Shown piece after piece: positions 39,425-50,308 of a stretch of 64,000 nt of DNA. The notes beneath the pieces were generated by a model. It made no database searches and was not told the origin of the DNA. It worked only from the letters and a program-made list of their open reading frames with translations. Source of the stretch: Phoronis australis (lineage: Eukaryota > Animalia > Phoronida); contig NMRA01000018.1 in the NCBI GenBank assembly GCA_002633005.1, positions 645,131 through 709,130 of the forward strand, given 5' to 3'. Position 1 is the first letter of the stretch. Every line of letters begins with the position of its first letter. The translations under genes were made by a program, and so were the position numbers.

Positions 39425-41265
39425 GCACAGTGAGTGGTCGAGACGGTGATTATGTGGTGTACACGCGTTCTTGTCGAATTCTGGACATTGACCCCTGGCA
39501 CGTCTCTATCAAGAAATACGTTGAGACTGAGACTAGACCGTTAATTTGTATGAAGTACAAAAAACTCGCCAATCTTGACAAAGGTGTATTGACCCCGACT
39601 GAAGGTCTTCGTCAATTAGGATCGGTGGTTAAGTGTACGTTTAGCCCTATAACGCGAAGCTTCGTGGAAAAGAATGACTCAAAATGGGACCTGGGGAAAC
39701 CAGTCGATTTACCATTATTTGATAATAAAGGTGTCAACGTGTCAGCAGATTTTGTGCACGTGCATTGCGTAAGTGACAAGGATAGACTTGTATACGACGA
39801 CTTCCTTACCCAAACATTTGTCGGTAACTACTATAAATACAAGAACAAGATGAATATGTTGCCCACACCTAAGGCAGGCTTAAGGATTAAGCGAAATAAA
39901 ATTGACGAGGAACTTAATATCCTTATGATCGGCATTGACTCCATGTCGAGGTTGAATGGGCACCGGCAACTTACCAAGCTCAGGGAATATATGCTTAAGG
40001 ATTTGAAGGGAGTCGAACTTAATGGATACAACAGGGTTGGCGATAATACGTTTTTAAACATATGTCCACTCACCATGGGAAAAACAATTGATGAAACAAA
40101 GTGGGATTCTTCACGACATTTGGACGATCAGCCATTTATTTGGAAAAGGTTCATGTCCAAAGGATACGCCAGTTTGTATGCCGAGGACGCCACTGAAGGT
40201 TCAATATTCAACTATTTGAAGAAAGGATTTTCTAAATATCCTGCGCACCACTATTACCGCCACATGTCTCTTGCGCTCGAGAAGTCTGCCCTTCACGAGC
40301 GAAGTCCAATGTGGTGCTGTGGACGAAAGGGTCTTCATAAATGGACCTTGGATTATGCAAGGCAGTTCGCTACCACATACCACGCTGCAAAGATCCCCTT
40401 CTTTGCATTTGTGTTTAATACCTTCATATCGCACGATAATATCAATGCCGTTGGTAAAACAGATGAACATTATACGGAATTTGTCCGCTACATCAACTCA
40501 TCGAATATAATCAACAACACCGTAGTTATTATATTCGGAGACCATGGTTATCGTTTTGGTGGTATCCGATCTTCATACGTGGGTCGTTACGAGGAAAATT
40601 TGCCAATGATTTTTATAACATTTCCGCCGTGGTTTGGCAAAAAATATCCATACTACGACAAAGCATTAAGAAGAAATCAACATATGTTAACGTCTCCTTT
40701 TGATGTACACCAAATGTTGCGAGACTTGTGTGTAGGGTGCGGATATGATAAGCCAAGCGACTATGGTATTAGTCTCTTTGAAAACATTCCAAAGGACAGG
40801 GTGTGCTCAGAGGCCGGTATTGCTATTCACTTTTGCGCCTGTCGAGAGGAAAAGAAACTAAAGGTTACAAATTCGAATGTTGTCCAGGCAAGCAAGGCCT
40901 TACTGAGTCGTATTAATGAGCTCAGTAATATGAAGAAAGGCCTTTGTCTAGAACAGGAAATAACCAAAATTATTGATGCTTCAACATCTGTCCACGACCA
41001 GACTTACTCCAAAGGGTGTACTGTGAAAGGCGTCTGTTATGACAGTAATTGGCATAGGTTACAGACATCTTTTACGTTATATCTGATTACCATTCAAACC
41101 CAGCCTGGCAGCGGTCAATTCCAAGCAACCGTACGTCACGAGCAGAATAAATTTCAAGTTATGGGTGACATTAGTCGCACTAATTCATATGGAAAAACGT
41201 CTAGTTGTATAACAGACGATTTTAATCTCGTAAAATTTTGTTATTGTAGAAGTAACATATACTAA
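39425..41265 (+). CDS. Terminal exon encoding a DUF229 (alkaline phosphatase/sulfatase superfamily) domain
   Basis: An intact 1.8-kb ORF with DUF229 motifs YVVYTRSCRILDIDPW, NILMIGIDSMSRLN, GYNRVGDNTFLN, PFIWKRF...YAED, ISHD, IFGDHGYRFGGIRSSYVGRYEENLP, LTSPFDVH, CSEAGIAIHFCAC and ISRTNSYG...KFCYC. The acceptor ttccaatatttctag|GC is phase 1. Confidence 0.93.
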
Positions 41266-41266
41266 T

Positions 41267-41855
41267 CAGTGCTCGATGCTTCTAGATTGACGGCAAGTCG
41301 CATTTGGCAACTTGTCGAAAATCCCAGGTCGCCAAGCAAATTCTAAGGTCACCAAAACTTATTTGAAATTGTCGACTAAAAATAAGGTGCCGTTCTCCAT
41401 CTCTTGCGCATACCTCTTCAATTTCTCCCTGTAAAAATATGACACCGCTCAATCGCTAATCTGGTACGAGAGGCCGTCTTTGCTCTAACGCAATTCAAGA
41501 GAACGTAGACGATCGCATACACTGCAGGAGCCCGATTTCCGCCGGACAATTCCGACTTACGTCTGTATACTTCCTGCTGTAATTTAAGCGCGTTTGATGT
41601 GTGCTGACTGCTGAGGGTGGCAAATGGACTGGTTATACGAAATAAACGGAACAGTTGCTTACCAAAAGTATTAAATCTGGGAGAAATGTCAGTAATTTAA
41701 AGTTTGGAAGTCACCACAAACGTTGCAACGAGATTCGGGGGAATTCTTGTCTGACTTTTATACTCGCTTTGGCGACCTCATGTGCCACTTGATATTTTCC
41801 AAGGTCGCTAAATATAACCTGAGGTCACATTTGCGACCTGCTAATGGTAGCAGTA
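41267..41855. mobile_element. Aged hAT-like MITE directly after the stop codon
   Basis: Starts CAGTGCTCGA 1 nt after TAA (41263-41265). Subterminal GGTCGCC/GGCGACC/TGCGACC motifs occur at both ends; the right terminus is degenerate. Confidence 0.5.
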
Positions 41856-42091
41856 CAAATGCAAATTATTTTATTCATTGCCCTGCTTAAGTTAGGAAAC
41901 TAAGTGTTATTTGTTATTTTGGTCCAATTTTTATTCTTAAATATCGTATTTCATTTTTATTGAAGGACCATTTTTATAGTTATCTCGCAGTACACAAATA
42001 AGATCTTGGTTATAACACGAAGATTACAGGCAATGTGTCTTTATTACGATACCTCAATTTCACATGAACAGATAGTACATGTATATTCATG

Positions 42092-43400
42092 GAGAATAGG
42101 TTCGTCATTGGTCTCTAGAAGCATTGTATATAAAATGTTCACTTACTTAGAGACGTGGTTGGTTGTTGGCAGATGTTTTGACCTGGTCCGCCTGGTCTTT
42201 GTCGATGAATGAGGGATTTCCCGCCTTTCGCTCGTTAAGAATGCTGGAGTACACGGGGGGTAGGTGGAGTCCTGTGTCCCGGTTTAAGAGGGGGCGCTGA
42301 CTGTTGATGTGTATGGCCTCTTTGAGCTTACGAGTATGCCAATTTTGTTCCTTGGCTAGGATCCTGGATGACGCAAGAGAGATGATGTGCCCAGTCGCCA
42401 AAATATGTTCCCCCACGGCTGTTGGTCTGTCTAGTTTCAGATGTTCTTTGAACCTGGTAAGGAACGGTCTCTTGGTTTCTCCAATGTAGGTGTGGTTGGG
42501 ATCCAGCTGGTATATGACCCCACATTGTTTAGCCATCGGGGTTGGGTCTTTGAGTCTGACGAGTAGGGAACGGAGGGTGTTGATAGGTTTCATGTAACAG
42601 GAAATTCCGTGGGTTCTGTAGGTGTGCTGTAGGCGTTCAGATATTCCTCTTATGTATGGGATGGCAACGGAGGGACCATCGAGTTTTTCCAAAGATTTAC
42701 GACTAGGGGAGTCAGTAAACATCTGTTCCTGGTATCTATTAGCTCGCAATGCATCTTCTACGTGGTCAATCTCTTCGGCATAGTCACGGTAGTCAGTGAT
42801 GTAACGATTAACTCTATCCAGGAGGGTACGAGCGACAGAATGTTTGTGTTTTAAGGGGTGGTTGGAAGAAAAGTGGAGGTATTGGTCCGTGTGTGTCAGT
42901 TCCTGTAGATCTTGATTTTGTTGGAGCCATTATCGACCGCGTGTATGGATAGATCCAGAAACGGTAAGGTTCTGTTGATTTCTGTCTCCATGGTGAATTG
43001 AATGCAGCTGCCAATGCTGTTGATGTGATCAGTGAAGGTGGCGAGGTCATTGTCCGGGAGCATGACAGAAGTGTCGTCCACGTATCTGAGCCAGATGTGT
43101 GGGGGTCTGGGAGCCGACATCAAAGCTGTCTGTTCAAACTCTTCCATGTAATCACCGATTCTTCAACAATCTCTTGAATGTGTACGATAGTGAGGGCCTT
43201 TTCTACAGGGACACTGGTGAAAAGAGCAATAATCACATCAACCGGGACAGAGGAGTCCACCTACCCCCGTGTACTCCGGCATTCTTAACGAGCGTAAGGC
43301 GGGAAATTCCTCATTCATCGACAAAGACCTGGCGGACCAGGTCGAAACGTCTGCCAACAACCAATCACGTCGCTAAGTAAGTGAACATTTCATATACAGA
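42092..43400 (-). mobile_element. Penelope-like retroelement (RT with YVDD plus GIY-YIG) with an inverted terminal segment
   Basis: WLRYVDDT...IQFTMETE...LPFLDL (42896-43147) and CGVIYQ..TYIGETKR (42147-42749). 43235-43398 is an inverted copy of 42126-42290. Candidate TSD TATATTCATG (42082-42091, 43401-43410). Same family as 11142-11967. Confidence 0.92.
43318..43351 (+). ncRNA. Minimal hammerhead-ribozyme-like motif (variant core) in the inverted Penelope repeat
   Basis: TCGACAA-A-GACCTGG-CGGA-CCAGGTC-GAAA-CG-TC, with a perfect 7-bp stem II. Confidence 0.55.
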
Positions 43401-43899
43401 TATATTCATGAACGTACGTTTCACCTCTTAAGCTGTAGTGGTACTATTCCCATCGTAGTACAGTACGTGTGGAGTCGATCACTGCGCGAACAGATTGTGG
43501 CAAGGAGAGAGCGCAGTACATCTAGAATACAGCAGCTTCTGCGAAACAAATGTCTCACACTGTGTTGTCTTTCAGAAAATGGAGTTTAAAACACTCCTGT
43601 TTAAAACATTTTCAGTACCTGAGCCTTCAAATGATGTTCATCGGGTTCATGTAGATGTGTTCGTAGGCTGAAAAGTTCATTGTCCTTCGGACTGGCAGAG
43701 TAAATAATGTCCAACAAAACTCTCGCTTCCTCTGCTACCTGTAATGAAAATGAAGTTTTGAAACCAGTAATCGAGATATTTAAACAATTATTTACAAAAA
43801 TATATTTCCAATCTTGAGTTTTTTTTAAATAACTGTAACCTGTAAAATAGAAAAACAACGATCAAGTACAATTGATAAAACATTGTTCTCCACTACCAG

Positions 43900-44640
43900 T
43901 AAGTGAGTAAGTCAGTGTAAGTAAGTAAGTAAGTAAGTAACTAAGTAATTTTTTATTATAGTAACATGTGTTCAAATGAATTTAAACAATGAATACCTTA
44001 CAAAGACTAGGAACACACAAGCCCTCGGCGGGGCTTATAAGTCACTTTAGATACATGATACAAAAAAGAAAAGACAAGTGTACACGCATTGCAAGAGTAC
44101 CGGAAAGAGAAGGCCAAGATAAAAGTGATCATACATATTAATTTTCCTTACTTCAAAAATAGTTTTGTTGAAAACTGAAGTTTTTTTCATAACATCTTTT
44201 TGCATGATTGTAATTAGTTTACTTTCACAGCTTTCTGCACGAAATCGTGGATATTTAATCTCAACTTCACAGTAAAAGGTGTTTCTGGCATCTAAGAAAA
44301 ACGGACACTCAAACAGAAAATGTAGTTCAGTTTCGACCTGACCAGTGTGACAAAGACATCAAATTCTGTCATCAAATTCTAGAGAACAAAAACGCCCAAC
44401 CTCACCCTAGAACTGTAGGGTTCCGGTTCTAATTTGAGCAAGAATTGACCTACCTGGCCGAGTTAAGTCTAAAAGTAGGTAAGGCTCAACGTCAAAGACA
44501 TTCTTCATCAAAACATAGGTTCTTAACTTTGGTTTCGAACAGGTTTCAAACAACCACCTATTGCAGGCCAAATCATGCAAAATACCAGTTTTAACCTGTT
44601 GCTTCAACAGGGTAGAGTTTTGTAACGCCAGGACCTTACA
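43900..44640 (-). mobile_element. 3' fragment of a non-LTR retrotransposon (RTE-X-like ORF2 C-terminus) with a (TTAC)n tail
   Basis: KPKLRTYVLMK...EPYL...ILAQIRTG...VGRF...LCHTGQVETELHFLFECP (CCHC-like end). AATAAA plus a (GTAA)n microsatellite at about 43900-43950. Confidence 0.7.
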
Positions 44641-45666
44641 AAAATCTAGCCAAAATCACTCATTCTCAGTAAAATGCAGGGCAACATCGCACGTAATCTC
44701 GCAGTCTTGCTTTTTAACAAACTCCTAGCGTTACGGAAATCTGAGCCAGTTTGTCGATGATTCCGTCAGGTTTGGGTAACATACAACATACAGGTTTTGT
44801 GTGCTTGCCCATAACAAAGAAGGCTACCAGTTGAGGTCAAGTGAATTTACTCGTCTGTACCATATGTTTGAATTTTCAGTTGTGGTGAACACTGGCTATG
44901 TAGCATTTGTTACACACATGTCACACAAGAAGACAAAAATGCAATTCTAGAAGTGATCAATCTTATTTCATAACTTGAAAATTCTTAAGCATTAAAAGAA
45001 AGTGTCCAGGGGGATGTTATTCTGTACCAGTCCAATGAGGCAAAGGTTGGCCTAGATAAACACCGTAAACACCTGTCCTCAATGGACACCCGGAACACTT
45101 GTTACTCTGCGCGTGCAAGCGCAGAGTACTGTTGTTCCTGGGTTTTCTTCAATTTTATTTTTATTACTCTGCGCGTGCAAGCGCAGAGTACTGTTGTTCC
45201 TGGGTTTTCTTCAATTTTATTCTTATTCTTATTACTCTGCGCGTGTAAGCGTGTAAGCGCAGGGTACTGTTGTTCCTGGGTTTTCTTCAGTGTTATTCTT
45301 ATTCTTCTTATTCTTATTCTTCTTCCGACCAACTTTGAGGCTTATTAACTCCAAATTGGGTGCAGGTACGGTCTTTAAATTCAGCATATGACTTTTGACA
45401 GTATATAAATTTTGATTGGTTATATAATCATATTCCATATTGCACCGGAAGAGGTTGTTTGGTGCAAAGGCCATATAATTTTCAAAATGCTACTCCTCCT
45501 TCAGTTTTAAAGCTATCTTTTTCAAATTCGGTGCACAGGTATAAGTCAACATGACAATTTAAAAAATTACTTTTCTAAGTAATCTGGTCATCCAATCAGG
45601 TGAAACAAGTCAAAGGTCAATAGGTGCAAACTAAAACTTTGAGCTAGACACTTCAAATTGACAGGT

Positions 45667-48600
45667 TTTTTAATGTTTATTACGAAATCTTCAGAATACA
45701 ATGAATATACATAACCCAGAAAGCGCCAAGAGGCATTAGATCTGGGTAAAAAAATACAAAGAAGTCTATATACAATGATTATATACGAATACATAAATAA
45801 ATAAAAAAACTGATGTTAAGAATACAATGATATATGAAAACGAATAAAATAATTCATTTTCATACAGATGTATCAAATTCTCTCCACTCACATAAAGAGA
45901 TTTAATGTTATGAAGAAATTGTGATACTATTTCAAATAAAACCTTATTTTCGTTTGAGTTAAGTTCTTGACATCCATATAGAAAGAAATTAATTTTCTTG
46001 TACAATTGCGGAATTTCAGAATATTTTTTATAAACATTGGGGTATTGTTCGAGTGCCTGGAAGAACTGTACCCTCTCCTCCTTGCATACCTCACAAACAA
46101 AGAAAACATGAGGATATGTCTGGGTATCTCCACAGGAACACAGAGGCGAAATATTATTAAAATTATGTCTAAATTTCTCGTTGTTTACGAATAGACCACA
46201 TCTTGATCTGTGTAGGGTTATTTCATGGTTGCGGGGAAGTTGGAATGATGTCAATGGGACTGGCAAGTCTGGAGTAGTGGTATGCATTTTAAAGTTATTT
46301 TTGAGTGTGACGACTGAAGTGCTTTCTTTTATTTTGAATGGTGAGGAATTCCAGTTGTCAATACAAGTTAATATCGTTGATCTTCTGAAGGCTTGGCTGA
46401 TGGAGGCTGGAGTAGTATACATATTGCTTTTCCGGAGTCCTGGTCTCGCGCTTGGTCTTTTGTAGGAGTCAAAGAGGATTTTGTTAGAATAATTGTTTAT
46501 GTTGGTTAAGACTTTGAATGTATACATGGACAGGTGGAGTTTACGACGGGTTGCTAGTTTGCTCCAGTGAAGACTATTTAGAGCCTTGAATGTGTTGGAC
46601 CCTTTGTATGCCCCGGTTATGGCTAAAGCTGCTTGGTATTGTAGTCTTTATAATTGAAGAAGTATGCCAGATTGGTAGATTATGTCACAGTAATCTAGAT
46701 GTGGAAGTACAAAAGACTTGAACAGAGTTTCAAGATGCATGGAGTTGAGATGACGAGAGATAATTCTAATTGGATTAATTAATGTTTGTACTTTTTGAAC
46801 GAGTTCTCGACAATGAGGAGTACATTGTAAATGTAAGCTTATGGTCGAGTAGCAAGCCAAGATGTTCGTGCGTGAACTTATTGGGGATAACTTCTCCATT
46901 GAGTGATAATTCCAGTGTTGGATTGGTGTGGAAATGAGTATTATTAGACTTAGAAAATATAAGATCAACATTTTTTTCAGGTTTAAATTTCATCTTCCAT
47001 TTGTGAGAGCCGTCATAGAGTTTGTTAAGGTCAGTTTGCAATTGTAAGGAGTCATGGGGATGCCCTTTGAGAATGGGTGGAAAATTGCAGTGTCATCAGC
47101 ATATAAAAATGTTTTAGAGCTTAACGTGTCTGGAAGATCATTGATGTACAGTAAAAAGAGTAAGGGGCCTAGTACGTTACCCTGTGGTACTCCAGCATTT
47201 ACGAAGCCTGGCGTTGATGAAGGTGATAAGACACCTTCAATTCGGACTTTGTAAGTTCTATTTTCCAGATATGATTTTAAAAGTAAGAGGAGAGTGCCTG
47301 AGAAACCGTAAGATTGTAATTTATGTTGAAGCAGGTCATGGGGAACGACATCAAAAGCTGACGCAATGTCTAAAAATACGGATCTCACGTTGTGCCCTTG
47401 CTCAAACTGGAGGTGGATGTCGTGTACAATTTCTGTAAGTTGCGACACAGTGCTGTTACCAGGCATGAATCCAAATTGGAGACGATATATGAGGTTTTGT
47501 GAAGAGAGGTGGTCAAACATGTGCTGAGAAATGATTTTTTCTAAAATTTTGGATAAGGTGTTAAGTGGAGTGATGGGGCGATAGTTGGCAATGTCTGTTT
47601 TGGAGTTCTTTTTGTGCATTGGTATCATAAACGCCAAGCTTGCAGTTCGAAGGAAATTTTCCAGATTGTAGTATTTTGTTGTATAATGTTGTCAGAGGAA
47701 GTGTAAGTTCTCTTGCTATTATTGTCTTGATCATTTTATTGGTTATGAGATTGGTACCGTCGTTTTTGTTTTCGTCAATGTTTTCTAGTAGTTTCCTGAC
47801 TTCAGATGGTTGGGCTTCTATGTACAGTAAGAGAGGTGTTCTAATGATCTGTTTGGGAATTCTGGATAGTTTATTGTTGGTGCAATATGACTCTTGGCAG
47901 TGAAGTAGTCTAGAAATAAGATACTTTTATCGGCTTTGGATGACGCCTTAGAGTTGGATTCTTTTGATTGGATGGTGGGGTATGATGATTGCTTTACCTG
48001 TCCTCAAATTTTGTTTACTATATCCCAGTATTCCTTAGATTTTTGGAGACATTTTTGATATTGGAGCTAACCCTCATCTTATAGTCTTGTTTTGTCTTTT
48101 TAATTAGTTCTTCCACACTGCTGCACTGTTCTTTGTAGCACTTGAACGTGCATGTGTTATTTATCTTCTGAACGATCTGTACAGTTTATTTCTTTTATTT
48201 ATTTCAGACTTAATGTTATTGTTAAACCACGGTTTGTTCTTGTTTTTTTATTGTTTTCATGGTTGATGGGATATTATTATCTAATATGTTGTAGAGTGAC
48301 TGTGTGAATATTGAGACTGCGTCATTTGTGTCACTTTTGTTACGTATTTCAGTCCAGTTGAATGTGGTTATGTCAGAGCCAGTTTGTCCATGTTAATGAG
48401 GTTGTAATTCCAGATCTTCTTCATAATGTCTGGTTCTTTAGGTGCGCAGTTGAGTGTGAATGTTGTTTCTATAACGTGGTGGTCTGAGTTACCAATGGGA
48501 GGCCTTACAGAAGAGGATTCAATTAATCCGAGATTGTTTGTTATACATAAATCAAGGCAAGAATGTGAATACCCTGTTAAATGTGTCGGCTCGTTTATTA

Positions 48601-50308
48601 GTTGTATACAGTCATTTGTGAGGAGAATATCGAATAATTCGAGACCGGCTTGGTTGTCATTGTCTTCAGAGTACCAAGTACTATTTCTTGCGTTCAAATC
48701 ACCGTTGATAACAATTGTTTTATTAGTTTGAGAGAGTTCTTGTAATTGTTCTGAAAAGGTTTTGAGATAAGCTTTCCTTTCATCGGACGTCTGTGAGGGT
48801 GAGCGATAGAAAAAACCGTAATATACCTTTTTGTGGTTGACGTAAAGTTTAATCCAACAGTTACTCATTGATTGTATAATTTTATCATCAATTGTTTTGT
48901 AAGTTTACGGAGTTGTGGACAAACAAGATCAACCCCATCCCGGCGTTAGTGTGGTAGGCAATGTTGTATTCTGGAATAATAAGTGCACTGAGGTTGTCTT
49001 CGGACAGTGTTCCAGATTCACATATAGCAATGACCATGTAATTGTTGTCTGTAATAACTTGCTTGAGAAGATCAAATCTTGAAAGATTGTTCGCCATGAT
49101 ACTGTTGATATTAGTGAATAAGACCCTGAAGCTGGCAAAACCCTGAGTGCCTGGTCCTGGATTGACCTCTATGTCACCAGCAGTCAAAAGACTTTGCTCA
49201 ATGATAACTCGGATATCACAACATGAGTTCTTCATTTTGCAGTAAACATTACGTAAGTGCTCAGTTCGGGGTCGTTTTCGTAGTAGAAGAGTGAGGTCGA
49301 GCGTAATAGACGAAAAGCAGTGGGGTAATTTTGTTTTCCAGACACCCGAACAATTATAATTATTATGCCTGTAGTTAAATACTGATAAATTCATACAGTT
49401 CATAGTTAACATGCTTATCTAACAAGAGAAAACGAAGTATATAAAGTGTGTGAATAGACTAAAAGTAATGAAGTAAGGACAAAAGCTATGAACACTAGGG
49501 TAGGCATGAAAATTCCCACCACCACTAATTTAATTACATTGAGTTAGGCTAAATCTTGCAAAAAGAAAACTGATTGATTAGTAACATTAACAAGTGAAAT
49601 GGATTGGCGTACTACGGATGTGATATTAGTTCGAATAGATGAGAGTCAACGGGGTAAACAATTTGTATATATGTAGAACATTAATACTGTACTTTGGGAT
49701 GAAAATATATTGCCAATTAAGTTGTTTTATTACGTATGACGCTGCCCGAGTCAACTAGAGCTCTGAGACAATACTCGTTTGGCCGTTTTTAGCTTGAACG
49801 TTAATGGTGATAAAAATTGAAATAACTTAAAAAGCAAAGTTAACTCCTGAACTGATTCACACTTGATGGAAGTCTTGATCTGTAGATGAAAATGCATCAT
49901 TGAGGTAACATACATGTACATGTACATGTACATGTATCTGAATGACACAACTACAGTTGTCAAGTTCAGTGTAGTTTCATAATCATGACACATGTGAGAC
50001 GTGAAATACTTTAAAAAAATATTCATTACTAAGATAAAAGATGTTCTGATTTTACTCCTTGTTGTTTCATTGTTATTAGGAAGCCATGTGTGTAGGCTGA
50101 CAGTAGCTAATTGACCCAGAAGAGCATTTAAAGTACATTATCACTTGCAAAATCAAAATTCAAGCGAGTTGTACTTTTTGCTGCACCGAGTTTGCCCGTG
50201 AGCCAAAAGTTGTCATGCCAATATCAAAATCAAAATTTATAGGCAAGAGCTCAGTTTGGCTTTGTTTGAGCACATAATTATGTTATTGGGTCACAGATTT
50301 TTTTACAG
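45667..50308 (-). mobile_element. CR1/L2-group LINE, frameshifted APE-RT ORF with an N-terminal 2A-like peptide
   Basis: LLTAGDIEVNPGP; APE motifs TNINS, ICES, YRSP, GDLNA, LDL, SDH; RT motifs [29 protein letters not shown]. 3' AATAAA/poly-A at about 45666-45680. Candidate TSD ATTGACAGGT (45657-45666, 50309-50318). Confidence 0.88.
49911..49936. repeat. (TACATG)4-TA microsatellite
   Basis: Seen directly. Shorter arrays occur at 20047 and 20310. Confidence 0.95.

Noticed and set aside
45099-45290. CRISPR-like short palindromic repeats
   Set aside because: Eukaryotic context, no unique spacers and no cas genes. It is the terminus of a DINE-1-like element.
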